This document shows, piece by piece, positions 33,201 to 54,115 of a DNA stretch of 64,000 nucleotides. The translations under genes and the position numbers were made by a program. A model generated the notes under the pieces. It saw only the letters and a list, made by a program, of their open reading frames with translations. It did not search any database and was not told where the DNA came from. The stretch covers positions 25,109,504 through 25,173,503 of the forward strand of contig OZ037765.1 of assembly GCA_964035545.1 (NCBI GenBank), written 5' to 3'. Source of the DNA: Bugula neritina. Taxonomy: Eukaryota > Animalia > Bryozoa. The stretch's first letter is position 1. Every line of letters begins with the position of its first letter.

Positions 33201-34852
33201 AAACTACTATACATATCTTCAAAAAAGTGAGAAAAAATGAATTTCTTTTATAAAACATATATACAGCAATAGTGTACATTTTGAAGATGTCTACATATAT
33301 ACACCTATATAATATGTGAACAGTCAAATATCACCTGTTCTGTTTCAACAAAGTTTGCCACATGTCCATCATCATTAGTCCCGCGGGTGTTAAACCTAGT
33401 GCCAGCTCTCTCACAACTAAGACGAGAGATGAGACAAGCTTTGGCTTGCTTGTTACCAGAATATATCGTCCTGATTTCTATACCTCCACAGATAACCCTA
33501 AGCAGCCAATTTTTGCAAGACACGCCATATCTTTCAAAGTGGATATGCATAGAACGATTCCTACAAATTTTGGAAAAATAAATTAAGAAATATAATTTGC
33601 TGATAAGTTGACACAAATATATAATCAACAATATTTATACCTACCAGAAAAACCTGTTGTCTGTTTCATGGTCTTGCAACCTGCGCTGAGAACACAGAGT
33701 GAGGTCATACTGAGAAGCTCCAGTGCTCAATGCAAAATAGTAGGTGCCGGAATTAAAGAGCTTTTGAACACCTTTTAAAAGATAATACACATAAACAATA
33801 AAGTGAGCTCCAGCAATGCGTAAATAAAAAAGGCAACTTTTTCACCTTGCATAAAATGATGGCATTACCTGAAGCCTTGTCATCATCAACACCCTGCAAG
33901 GAGAAAAAGCTGGTTCCAGTAATACGAAATATTTCACAGTTGTGTAGTTTTCCTACAGACACACAGCTTGTAACCATAACCAAATACTGGGAGCTTCGGT
34001 CTGCAACAAAAGCAAATTATATAACATAATTGAAAATGTAGATGTGTATGTATGTGTATGTATAAGTAGATGCATCTGGGTATATGTATATGTATATGCG
34101 TATGTATATATATTATATATACACACACATTCGCGAGCTCATACACACAAATACACAATAAAAGACCCTTGGCTAAAACTTTAGGATTGTAGCTTTGTAA
34201 TATACTTTACAGTCTGAAGTTATAAAGCTATCAAGTATGATCATGAAATATAATCACCCACAGATGACATACATTTAATAATGCCATTACATTTTAGTGA
34301 ATCACTGGATACATAAATTGGTAAATAAATTTGATGAGCCCTAAAATTTTAGTCCACATCAACAAGTTTTATTGCAAAAACAAAATAGGTACCCCATAAA
34401 TTTCATTTAATACTAATTCAATAAAATTATACAAAAATAATATATCTAGCTTATTCATTAATACACTTTTAGAAATGCTTTCGGTCTTACATACTAGCAA
34501 AAAATCACTACAATATTGAGCATGTAAATAAAAATCTTACCAATTTGCAATACTCCTAAACACCCATATGCATCAGTTAGTTTAGAAAATGCTTCATGTC
34601 TTTGCAACTCTTCTACTTCAGTTGGCGCTATAAATACCATCAAAGAAATTCCGTTTTAAACTCTTTGGTGCAAAGTCTAACTGAATTTAATAATCTCAAA
34701 ATAAATTCCATTTTATCAAACAAACACATACTCAAAGCAGCAACTGCACCAGAATCAAACATCAGCGTTTCTTCACAGAGCCTTGAATTGACTAACAGTT
34801 TATATGAATTTCCATCTCTCTTCTCTTGTATTCTTAAGTTTCGAACACTCAT
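24220..34852 (-). CDS. SYNJ1: Synaptojanin (Sac1 phosphatase + inositol 5-phosphatase + RRM-like + proline-rich tail), ~1374 aa long isoform
   Basis: Phase-consistent exons: 34852-34732, 34627-34541, 34000-33869, 33771-33645, 33560-33335, 32904-32821, 32633-32475, 32344-32175, 31913-31832, 31602-31447, 31333-31177, 31021-30833, 30526-30424, 30154-30014, 29624-29432, 29215-29057, 28756-28536, 28423-28220, 28042-27961, 27141-26973, 26836-26777, 26310-26156, 25863-25788, 25561-25482, 25368-25179, 24821-24220. Motifs [16 protein letters not shown] (CX5R), TWNVNG, GNKGAV, GDFNYR, PSWTDR, SDHRPV, a PxxPxR tail and NPF. Confidence 0.95.
24947..24967 (-). CDS. SYNJ1: Candidate alternative 21-nt synaptojanin microexon with in-frame stop (short isoform ending ...KA-D-Q*)
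   Basis: Minus strand reads tacag|atcaatgagtgtcatgttgtg|gtaagt with a consensus donor. Phase-1 entry gives GAT CAA TGA. Confidence 0.6.
27657..27819. mobile_element. 163-bp hAT-type MITE in synaptojanin intron
   Basis: Imperfect TIRs caggattgaggtaatt... / ...aattgaccccaaccctg, exact 8-bp TSD gcatatga (27649-27656 and 27820-27827), internal gtaatt repeats. Confidence 0.85.
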
Positions 34853-35479
34853 CTTGCATAAAATTCTAATTTAAAAAATATATATTGAAGATTATTATAC
34901 ATACTTAAGACTTCAACAAACTAGATACGATAACTGCACAGCATTTCTTCTGAAAATGTAAAGTCCTGATAAATTTATACAAGCTGGTACCCAGACATAA
35001 AACATTACTCACAATTCATAACAAATAACATGTTATAATCCCATGCATGTTAAAGCCAATCTCAAAAATTCATAAAACAATTGTATTCATATAAATATAG
35101 AAGAGCAACAGCCAAACAAAAACAAACCAGGAAAACAGGGGAAGAGGCTATGCATACTTTCATTTTATAATATTCAATTACCAACTAATTAAATATTACC
35201 AATGAGTGGAAGTATATGTTAATAGCCAGTGATACTAGTTTTCGTTGCAAACAGGTAGGTTTACAAATCTTAGAATCCAGGAAGTTCAACTTTGAGCCTG
35301 TAACCAATTTACTGCCTAAAAATTGAACTTCCTCCTTCATCTCATTGAGGTTTGTACTTTCTACTTAAATCTAAGTAATCTCAGCACTACTATACCCAGT
35401 TGACAGTCAGCAGTCAATGATTTAGAGTTGGAGTAGCTTATTTAAAGTCAAACCATCAAGTAACAGTAACTATAAGTAA

Positions 35480-35600
35480 AAGCGAGTGTAATTATTACTA
35501 TTACTGAGTGAGCATTAGTATAAGTACTAGTATCATTTTCCAAATAAAATTACTACGAAATGGTAACATGCATTAATCATACTTCTGTACTATAAATATT

Positions 35601-35637
<37 letters not shown>

Positions 35638-36700
35638 ACATTAATATATAATTATTATATATAATCATTTATATAAGACTAGGAGTTTAAGACCTAGTAT
35701 TAGAAGTAGTATAAGTAATAGCGTAACACTAGCAGTAAATGGTAATGCTAATAGTAATAGATTATAGCTATAATTAATTTATATTAATAACTATAAATTA
35801 TGGTGGTGACAATACTTATGATTATACTTAATCTTATACTTATAGCATTAGTTTAAAGTGATGCTAATACTAATAGCAACACTTGGAGAATTTTATTTTG
35901 CTTTTGTGTCAATAAAATATAAATTTATAATAACAAAAACAAAGTCAAAAGTCATAATGATAATAATACTAATACTAATAGTAATGGTAATACTAATACT
36001 AATTTTCAATTTGTTGTTTATTAATCTATGAACTAGAACACAACTGTTATTTTTATTATAGTTATAAAGTATTAGTTTAAGTTATACTAAATTAATACCA
36101 AATTCAATTTGAATTTGTTTATATACTTATTCCCTATTGGGTTATACTATAATTCTATAAATATTAATATATGATTAAGTATACACACTTACTCTTACTG
36201 TCTTAGTCTTACACCTACAGTTAGTGTTACAGACTACATTAGACTTAGTATTACTTTTACTAATTTAGTAAAGTATTACTATTACAGTAATACTATTAGT
36301 ATACTATAAGTATAAGACTAACTGACTCTAAACATTAGTATATCAATATGAATAAGAATATCTTAAAAAAAATCTTGAAAGTAAAACCATTATATTTATT
36401 AATATTATAAATATATCGAATCCTAATGACTATGAGTATGACTATGAGTATCACTATGAGATGAGTAATGATATGATATAAATATAATTATATACTTATA
36501 CTCATACTCATGATACTGTAACATTATACTTAGTCTTATACAGTTACACTATGACTATTACTATTACAGTATTAGTATCAGTATGAAACTATGAGTATAA
36601 CTATAAGCAGGACTATACTACCCAATAGTAATACTAATAGTAATAGTAATACTATAGTATAAGTAAATAATAATATAACTATTTTAATTTCATTTTCATG
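35480..36700. repeat. Degenerate 3/6-bp periodic (NAT-AST)n tract, the largest of about nine similar tracts
   Basis: For example atgactatgagtatgactatgagtatcactatgag and atactaatagtaatagtaatact. Similar tracts at 1-480, 11400-11880, 21880-22380, 37030-37200, 50800-51250, 52250-52700, 54275-54450 and 56370-57130. Confidence 0.8.
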
Positions 36701-36719
36701 CATCGATCTGTATTATTTA

Positions 36720-37010
36720 TTTTTCAATGAGGTCTAAGAAAACCTTTCTGACATCTTCTACGTGAAAAATACGGAAATAAGTTGACACCTCGGTACACTG
36801 AAATGGATGTATTCAGAGACAGTAGATTAGTCGAGGTTTATGTTTTGCTAGTTTGCGCCAGCGTGCGTGAAGTCTTGCTTGTAGGCGAATAATAGGAAAA
36901 AAGGCTTTCGATTTTTGGTGAAGCCATTTATTTCACAACTCGACTATTTCTGCGGTATACTTGCTAAGGAGATGTTCCAACTGTTCAAGGCCCAATGAAT
37001 GATTGAAAGA
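36720..37010. promoter_or_regulatory. Probable bidirectional promoter between synaptojanin (-) and DHX35 (+)
   Basis: Short CpG-containing segment between the two divergent genes, flanked on both sides by AT-rich periodic tracts. Inferred from position only. Confidence 0.5.
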
Positions 37011-37784
37011 AATGTAATTAATTAGTTCTTCCAGTTACGTTAGCGTTACTAATTCTTATTCGCTATAGTTGTACTTATGGTGAATCTGCCTACTGTAACT
37101 ATTACTATAGCTGTGTCAGTGTGACACTCACACTATGAGTATGACATTGACTGTGATTTACTTTTGTCTTTTATCATTTATTCTAACACTAACAGTAACT
37201 GTTTAATCAGTTAAAATTTTTAATAAAAAATAGTAAAGTGCAACACAAAAAGAAAAAAATTAGTTTAGTACAAACTATATTTAGTAATTTAATGTCATAC
37301 TTGCATTTAATAGATTTTATAGCAATGTCTACAAAATGTTTCTAAAATATTTTTCTCAAAGTTCTAAAGTCTGTCTGTTGCAAAAAAACTTTATTATATA
37401 ATTATAATAGTAATAACTAGTAATTCAAATTTGTAAATACTTTGGATTTTTAGTGGCTGCATTGACTTATGTAAAGTTAACAATGGAAGCTTAATTTTAT
37501 GCTTATATAGTTAAGACTTTCCCAAGTGAAAAATAATAATCAAGTAGATTGTCTACTCATAAGCAAAGCATATTACTATTTTTCTGCATGTTTTTTGTAA
37601 GCAAAACATTGGCAAACTAAAATGATATCATCAAAGATTGTTTACCATGTATATTTTTCTAATAGTAAGTAATAAAACCCTAAATAAAATGACACATATT
37701 TTTTATTTAGATCAGTGATTAGACTGGCTATGTAGTAAACAGTTTGAAATTGGTCATCAAGGGACAAACAAACACAGATTTGAT

Positions 37785-45084
<7,300 letters not shown>

Positions 45085-45415
45085 TCAATATTTCAAGGTT
45101 GACTGAGATTTATTTTTTAAATTATTTCAAAGTGATTACTATGCATATTTGTAAATATTTTGGGTAGTTTAATATGTAAATGAGATAGATGACTGTGTGA
45201 AATTGTATATAGCATGCAAATAAATATGCTTAACAGATACAGTGACTGGAGGGTACATTCGTGACTAGAGTTACCAATATTATAATTAAATAGTGAATGA
45301 ACATTATTATTAAAAAAACCACAACTTGAGTTGTTATTTATCACAAAAACACAAAAAAGAAGAGATAAATAAATTGCATAAATTACACACACACAAGATA
45401 ATAAAAAAGTAGGCC

Positions 45416-48400
45416 TTATATATCCATCCCTGTATCGATGAGGTCTACTAATGCATCCTCAAATTGCCCCTCTTCAATAATAACTGGTTTCTTGGCAGCT
45501 TCAACAAAGAGCGGTAAATAACTTGGTCTATGCAGCTCTGCCGGGATAAACCCACTGTTTGTTTTCATTGGATGATAGTGCACTTGTGGACAACCTTGAA
45601 TACAAAAATAAATGAAGATGTTTAGGTAATGACAACACATAAAAATAACACAAAATTAATACTTGTTCTTTGCTTTTCCAGACATTGAAAGAATCAGCAA
45701 TAAATTGAAGGTCTACAGCCTACACCAATAGAGTAAATAGATATTCATACCATATGGATATGCTTCTTTATCCCAATCACCCCAATCCTCTTCACTGTCA
45801 GAGAAAGTTGCTATAAAATAGTTTAGAATAGAAATAAATTTAAAAAATTGTGATTATGTTGTTGAATGTTGAGAATCTTGCAACTAAAGTTGATCATAGC
45901 AATGTTAATAACAAGCACCACACAGTATGTTATATAATAGACTGAATACTTTGTAATAGTCTTGAGGCTGACATGTAATTCTAACAGGGAAATAAATAAC
46001 TAAAATTGCTGCCACACAAACATAAATTATGCTACAAGACCTGAGCCAATCTAATTTCTTCATGAAAAATAAAGAGCTAGCAAAACCATATCTTTATTGC
46101 ACAGTTTAACTATCACTACTTCTGAGTGGTCAGCAACTGTGCTAGCCATAGCTGAGTTCAAGTCATTACCAGCCAAATAAATGGTTGGCTGAGTCAAATC
46201 AATGCTTCTAGCAAACTGACTTGAGTCATGGAATTAGAAATATACAAGCTATCAAGTATCCAGTTCTACTAGCTCTATCAACAAACTGAAGGAGCATTTT
46301 GACTATATAGATAAATGCCTGACAAAAGATATCAGAAACAACAGATACCATTTAGATTGTCTGCATGAGTGTTCCAGTCTCCGGTGCTGACAGGTGCGGA
46401 GTTTACAAATGGAGCACTGCTGACTGCAGAAGATGAAGAACTGCTCCATGATGACAGGTTTGACCAGGCAGCACGACGCATCACGTTGTCACTATAGACA
46501 CTTTGCTTATCACAAAACTCATCATCACTGATGTATTCCTCGGAGGCTTCTATCTGCAACAGTTGGCTAGTTACAGATTACATCTTCTCAATTTGAGAAA
46601 TTTTAGACAGCTACGCAGTCAATAAAGTATATATACAGAAAAAGAAACTACAATTTTTATATGATAAAACAACTCCTAACATTATTTGTATTTAGTCGAG
46701 AGTTCGGATTAAACAAAGCATATTATAACACCAGAAACAATACCAACAAGAAACTAGTATTACAACTTGACCTTCATTCACAGCTTATACTATTATAATA
46801 TAAAATTCAAAGATGCAGTAAATACAAAGCAGGTCACTTAACAAGTTTTTATTTCATCAACATTTATGCTCTAAAATTTTAAAATATATTAAGGCTTCTT
46901 CGAAAAAACAAATGGTTATTTTCTTTTATTGTACATTTTGAAAATAAATTCAAATTTTGCTTCGAAGCTGCATTTTGACTGTAGCCGAAACATTTCTGCA
47001 TACTTTAGTAATACAGAATTGTTATTAGACAATCCTGCTTCAAATACTAAATATAAACGAGTGTTTTCTAATATGTTGGGATTAAAGATAAATTCAGTGA
47101 AAAAATGTCATAAGGAAAATCAAGCGCTGAGAAACTTGCAATAGTTGACTTACTGTAATAAGTTGACTCTCTTCCAGCTGGTGACTGGCTGATTTCCCCC
47201 TCCAGTTGTCAGAAAGCAACGGGTTCTTCTTAGGATACGTTGCAGCTTTACATATATTAAAGTCTTTTGAGCATTCAAAGTCATTCTAAAAGAAAGTTAA
47301 AAAATAATTGTATTTAGCTTTTTAAAGAAATAGCTCATGGTGGCATTTCCCAATAAAAATAACTGAAATGTAAAATTTAGTGACATGTCTAACATGCCTA
47401 ATTTACCAAACATATTGATAAACTTTTGCTGTTCATGCCAATTATAAAAAAGTCTAAACCTCAGTCAAAAAACTAAAAAGCCTGAGGTAATCACATAGCA
47501 TTATTAATTATATGTTTAATGAACATACTCTTATATAGTTAAGCCCAGTCTACATTGGGAGTGCTCTGGGAAAAAAAACAGAACTGTTTCATTTCATAAC
47601 AGTTTTAAATATAATTTCACTTGAATGGTTGAGGAATTTAAAAATTATCTATCAATTATCCAAAGTACTTTTATGAGGGGTAATAGTATTTCTTTATTTG
47701 CATTACATCCACAAAATTTTACAAGTAAGAAAACTTATTATTAGAATTACACCTTTGTGACTGCTATTTCCAGAGTTTTTCATTCCCAATACGAACAGGC
47801 CTACACACTCATGACTATAAGCAATAATCAAAGAATCCGAAATGCTTTAATAAATAATGCATCAGCCAAAAGCCCAAGCATTACCAGAATTTAAGCAGTA
47901 AATTTATGCATAATCAACCCATTTTAGGAAAATATTTGACTTACATTTTCAACATTAAGATCTAGTATGCTGTGGAGATTGAGCAAATATTGGGGAAACT
48001 CTTTTAGGTTGTTGCTGAACAAATTCAGGTATTGTAACTTCTGCAGCTTTTTAAAACTATCAGGAATTGATGTCAGGCAATTCTGATCCAGTCTAAGAGA
48101 GCTGCAAAATTACAGAATGTATGAAGGCAAGCATGTGGAATTTAAAGCATAAAGCAAACCTACATTCAATAATGATCTGAAATAGGGTTGCTTCATTGAG
48201 GTAAACCTCAGATGACTAATGACTGGCCCCATTTAGCTATGATAAATTTTATGAATTTATACAAAAAAATGTTTTAGATGACATGAATTTTCATTTAGCA
48301 TCGTTTATCATGGTAAAAAATTGACAATGCTAAAAATCTACATTAATAGCTAGCAAATTCAAAGGGGGATTTCACAACTCTTCCGTAGCAGCACATTGGA

Positions 48401-50607
48401 AACTATTACTGCTCTATACTCCAATATTTTTTTAAAAATAAGAACTAACCACACATCACACCGGCATACTCTTCCCCAAGACCTGCAACCTGCTTCGTGA
48501 TCTGAGCACACTCTTACTATTATGTCAAAAAACCATGAATATGCATACAAAAGCTGCGCTCAAAATTCCTATAAACTTAAATTGAAATTCCATAGCAAAA
48601 TCTGGAAACCATTAATCGATTACCATTAATGTAGCACAATTTTATTAACACATGCAATTGTTAAAAATAATCATTACCTAATACCTACACATACAGCAAG
48701 AAAATATAAACTTTGCTCTTATGCACAGAAACAACATATCTTTAGATAAAGTATATACACACACTTTGCAAAGTTGATGAAACATTTATCACAACAATTT
48801 TGTAAAATAAAAGCAAATTGAGAAAACTGAGAAAATTGAGCTCTATTAAACAAATAACACTTGCATTTAGACAATTAGCATTTCAAGTTACAAAATGTTA
48901 TAGTTTGATAATTCTGATTGAACACTTACAATATAGTAAATTGAAACCTCTGGATATTTTTGTGCAAACTAGCAGCAAGTATTTTCTCACATCTAGCAGT
49001 GCATTTGACCATATTATTTGAACCTGGCATTTACAGCATTCTTAGATATCAAGATGCAGAGACAAAAAGAAAACACAAATTTAGACTGTAAATAATGTCT
49101 ATTAACTCATAACTCACATCAGGTTGACTAAATCTCCAAATTCTTCAGGAAGTTTGCACAGTGAATTCATGGCAAAAGAACAGGTGTGAAGATTCTGAAG
49201 ATTGCAGAATGAATCTGGTAAAACTGTTAGATTATCTTGTCCTGGTGAAAAATGAAGCATTTTACTATTTGCTGTGCCCAAACTCCAAGTAATACCAATT
49301 ATAACAAGGAAATACTAGTGTAGTACAACTAAATGAATGTGAATACAATTTATTCAAATCTCTGTTGTCTTGTACAATATGCAACTTTATATAGAACGCT
49401 TTTATTTGCTTAAAATAATCAAAGAAATATCAAAACTAAACTGTTAAATATCCATGTACACACCCATATCCAAAATTTCTAGAGACACTAGGCTGCCGAA
49501 ATTTTCTGGTAATTCACTGATATGGTTCTCATCCAAACGCAGTTCAACCAAGCTGTGCAACTGACCAAATGCTATTGGCAAGGATGTTAGTCTATTCCCA
49601 TTGAGCAAGTCAACCTAAATAATAGAACAATTTTGTATGACAAAATATCGTGAATTGTATTCTACAGTAATTCAATGTGATATATTGTAGTTTTCACTTA
49701 CCTTACGTTCAAGTTCAGGCAATATACTCCCCATATCGAGGAAGTGCAGTTTTTTCAAATCACCGATATCGTCAGGAAGTGATGAAAGTATATTGCCACT
49801 CAAATCCAAGTGCTCCAACAAAGGACAACCTTTACCAAATCCACTCGGCAGTCCATCAACAAGATTGTTGTCAGATATGCACAACTTCCGAATACTTGGC
49901 AAGTTGGCAAACCAAGGTGGTAATGCTGTTAGGTCATTTTCACTCAAGTGTATTTCTTGTATACAAGAACTTGATTTGAAAATATTTGGCAAACTAGCAA
50001 TGTTGTTGGATGAAAGGTCGAGAACTTGAACTTCGCAAAGGTCTCCAAAAGTTTGAGGTAAAGCCAACAGACCGTTATTAGACAGCCCAATTGTTTTTAA
50101 ATTCACCAACTGCCCAAACATGGATGGTAACATTGTAACATCATTGTAACTCACATCTAAGAACTCAAGTTTTTCAAGTAAGGTAATGCTATCAGGTAAA
50201 CATGTGAGTTTGTTTTCAGATAAATCAAGATATTCAAGATTTGATAGAGAACCAAAGCTTTCAGGTAAAGAATCTAATTCATTGCCCATCAAGGTAAGTT
50301 TTGTGAGTCCTTTTACTTTACACATTTCGTCAGGTATCAATGCCAAGCGATTTTCTGTCAGGTAAAGTTCTTTCAGCACACTTAGTTCACAAATATCAGG
50401 AGATATTGTATGAATGTCATTGCCTATAGCTGACAAAACCTCAAGAGCAGCTAAATCTTGTATGTCAGACGGTATTTGAGTCAAACTGTTGTGGTTGATG
50501 TTTAGTGATATAATGTTCAAAGGTATGTTATTTGGCCACTTGCTAATTTTAGCAGCAGAAAATTCAGATGTCTGAGAGGTTGCATTAGCAACAACTTTTT
50601 TGTCCAT
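45416..50607 (-). CDS. Intracellular leucine-rich repeat protein (~637 aa; roughly 17 'typical' LRRs plus acidic low-complexity tail)
   Basis: Phase-consistent exons 50607-49702, 49614-49464, 49241-49118, 48101-47945, 47285-47154, 46553-46349, 45810-45751, 45594-45416. LxxLxLxxNxLxxLP repeats; in-frame stop just upstream of the ATG; no signal peptide. No specific orthologue recognised. Confidence 0.85.
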
Positions 50608-51479
50608 CTTTGTTTATGTCCCTGATCAGGTTGAGACTGCTACAATAAAAGTACACATTACGAATTTATCCCTTATTATTTACTGTAGCTGTAAGTCTGT
50701 AACTATCTGTTCAGAGCAAATTCAATATGATTATGTGTCATTGAGTAAGCTCTATTAAACTTAAAAAGTCTTTCATGTGTGGAAGTTTAAAGTGTACCTG
50801 GTAATAGTAACACTAATACTAATAGTAATACAGTAATACTAATACTAAGTCTAATAGCAAAACTAAATATAATACTAATACTTAAACTTAATACTTAATA
50901 CTAATAGTAATACTATTGGATTCATTGCTAATCCTAAAACTAAAAGTAACAATCTAAAAGTACAACATCGACTGCAAAACTATGACTAACTAAGTCTAAC
51001 AGTAACAGTAACACACTAACACTCACAGTAACACTAACATTAACTAAGTAAAATTTAGATATTTATTAATATTTATAATAATAATAATTTTGAATTTTAA
51101 TTTAAAATATAATAATATTATTATTAATTAAATAACTATTTAAAATCATTTAATTTTATTATCTTATGATATTATTGAATTTAATATTATGATCATCCCT
51201 ATAATTTATATTATGATAGAAATAATAATAATTATGATTATTATATTTAGAAATTAGTGCGACTGTTTTCTATTTATCAGCATATGGATTTCAAATTTCG
51301 ACACAATTAATGTTAGCTTTTGGGAATCGATAAAAGGAGCACAATTTAGGGGGTCATAGAGTGCAGTGAGTATAATATAGACCCAATTTCAAATTTTCGA
51401 CAAATTAAACAGGAAAATATATTATTATTATTTCTCATCGAGCTGGAAAAGATAATTATTTTGAGTTCAGTATTATTTC

Positions 51480-52050
51480 TAGCTCAGTGTCCTCGACTCC
51501 AAGCTCGATACCCTCCTCGTACCACCGCACTCAGTGACCACCAATTTGTGCTGCTTTAAGCGGTTTTCGTTGTCTCTCAAGAAAAATGACAAAACGCACG
51601 TGGGGGCTGCTGAAATAAACAAGGTATTAACCACTGAGCTGAAACTATAACAATAATATAGTTCAATGGTATTGACCACCGACCTGGAAAAGAATATATT
51701 GGGTTCATTAGTATTAACGGTGAGGCGTGCATGATATAGCCATATGCGTGGCCAAACTATGTTTATAGGTCGTAACATAATTATTTGGAAGAATACCTGT
51801 TTCATACAGTGATACACTAAACTAAAATAAAAGGCTTATTCCAAAAATCGGTGCCTGTAAGCACTCAAATATAATTATTCTATAAAAGTTTATATTTCGA
51901 TAGTTTTATACAGTGAACTGAAAATATTATATTGTAACTTGTATTCCATTTTAGTGGTGAGAGGTTTCGATTTGGAAAATAGAGTGTGTCAAATTATAAG
52001 ACGCGCCCACCTTCAACTGTCGGATCCAATTAAAGTTATTCTTCATATTC
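51480..52050. promoter_or_regulatory. CpG-containing probable promoter region of the LRR gene (possibly bidirectional)
   Basis: Local CpG enrichment upstream of the LRR gene, flanked on both sides by periodic AT-rich tracts. Positional inference. Confidence 0.4.
51632..51668. mobile_element. 37-bp two-ended remnant (excision footprint) of the P-like family at 53861-56090
   Basis: gtattaac|cactgagctgaaactataac-aataa-tatagttcaatg|gtattgac: 20 nt of the left end, 5-nt filler and 12 nt of the right end between an 8-bp TSD (1 mismatch). Confidence 0.8.
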
Positions 52051-52879
52051 TAGCTTGTACAATCACAAAGATGATGCGATATAAAGTTAGTGTTACATAT
52101 GAATATAAATATTATTAGTTATACTAATTACAGTAGCCAAAATATTATTTTAAATCATTAGTGAAATTGTTCCACAAAACTTGCAGTCATTATTGTTATT
52201 TACTGCTTGCGTTACTGTAGGGAGTAGATTTTATTTATTATGAGGCTGCATAATGATAAAGTGTAAACTTAAAGTTAAAGTAAAACTAAAAGTAAAACTA
52301 AAAGTGTATAGCCATATTCATATTGATATTGATACTCAATATTAATATGATATTCATATTGATAATAATGATTATCATTATGATATTTAATTTACTTCAT
52401 ATTCATACTCTTTTAGTTTTAGTAATACTGAGAGTGATAGCCATATAACTATGAATATTATTATTAGTATGAATCTCAGTATCACTATCAGTATCAGTAT
52501 GAGTATGAGTATGCCTATGATAATCAATATCGTCAACATCATCATTATTATCATCAACCATTGAGGGTTGAGTCTCGATACAATTAGTAATTGAGCATTA
52601 CTATTAGTATTATAGTTGGCCTGGAAAAGTTTGTAGGATATTTAGTTGTATATTAAAATTTATAATATAATTATTATCATTTATTGATATATTTATATTT
52701 ATTATGAATATTGAAAAAGATAAAATAAAATTTAAATTTTAATCTAAAATAAAAGTTTAACTTAGACATTTACACTTAAACCTGCTAATAATATTGAAAG
52801 TTGAGTAGTAACAGGACTAGAAATAGTAAAGCTTTTGAGCCAGACCTTACGATTTGCCAGGCTGTAAAACACTTGGCTT

Positions 52880-53080
52880 AGATTTATAAGAAGGCTCAAC
52901 TGTTAGGCTGGAACACTACCAACATTGCATTTGTATTCAAAAGTGGAAACAGAAGCCAGCCAGTAACTACAAGCATATCTGCTTAACTACGACCAGGTAC
53001 TTACACAATGTCCTCGGTATTCTGGTTGAGAAACTAGACAGTTTCTGTACAATTGATAGTATGGATTTGTAAAATAGTCA
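52880..53080 (+). mobile_element. Highly decayed non-LTR retrotransposon (CR1/L2-like) reverse-transcriptase fragment
   Basis: Frameshifted translation WNTTNIAFVFKSGNRSQP/SNYKHICLT ... YGFVK resembles the LINE RT N-terminal motif WKxAxVxPIFKKGxxxxPxNYRPISLT ... Q(H/Y)GF. Confidence 0.55.
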
Positions 53081-54115
53081 ACATGGGGGACAGCACTCTC
53101 TGCAGCCATAGATGTTTTTGTAATGAAAATACTTTTCAAGATTAGAGCTATTTATGGGTGTATACTTTTTGAATACACAACTTTATGATCATCGGATCTC
53201 TAAAAGTTATACTTAATAATGAAGCATTATGCAGTTGTAGCATATAGCGCTGTTTTTGTTTCTGTACTGTTTAAATGATTTTTTGAAATGATTTCCTAAA
53301 TACAGTAGATTACCAGTTGCATGAATATGAAATATGAACATGAATCAATTAGCAAGAACTAAGGTATTAACTGCAAAGTAAGCAATGGGAAATGAGGAGC
53401 CCAAGAGGCTTTCGGCATCAAATTGTAATTGTCTGAAAGCTTTGTGGATATATAATATATTTTCGTAGTATATTTAAATAAAATAAATACTCAACAAATA
53501 ATGCACAAATTTTTTTGAATGCATTCAAAAAAGCAATATATAGCAAGATATAAAATGCATCAATTCCAATTTCATGTATGTTAGTATGTTCATAAAAGTA
53601 AAGTCAGTCATTTAAAAATTAGTAATTTCTTGCGAGGCTTAACACTTTCAACATATTTTTTTTTAAATTATTGCAGGTTTTCAAAACGTGCATATAACCT
53701 GCATTAAAAGCTTTGTAATTGCATGAAATAGTTTCCATAATATTGCACCAAAAGTACAATAACCTAAGAATGTATGAAGCCACAATAGGTTCAGTCGGGG
53801 CATTAGCAAACTCTATTTGGAGAGTTGTGTTCTCTTGAATATTGGTAAAAGCATTTTAGCCACTGAACTGAAACTATAACCCTGGAAAGGACATCCGGTA
53901 GCTTTATAATGTAACCTCGCGTCCAAAGAGCAGCCATATTGGTGGATTGCTAGTTTCACTTTGAAGTAAGATTTCGGGCAGTTTATCACGTGACCTGTTC
54001 ATTTTTTCACGTCAACTGGAGCCTCTTTTCGAAGTATTTTAATTTTAACCAGTTTGCCGCCATTGTTAAATTTTCAATTGTCGTGGTTTGTCACTAATAG
54101 TAAGCAGTACTAACA

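Noticed and set aside
51479-51817. 112-aa minus-strand ORF upstream of the LRR gene
   Set aside because: No motif; it runs through the transposon footprint and the inferred promoter, and the LRR ATG has an in-frame stop just upstream.
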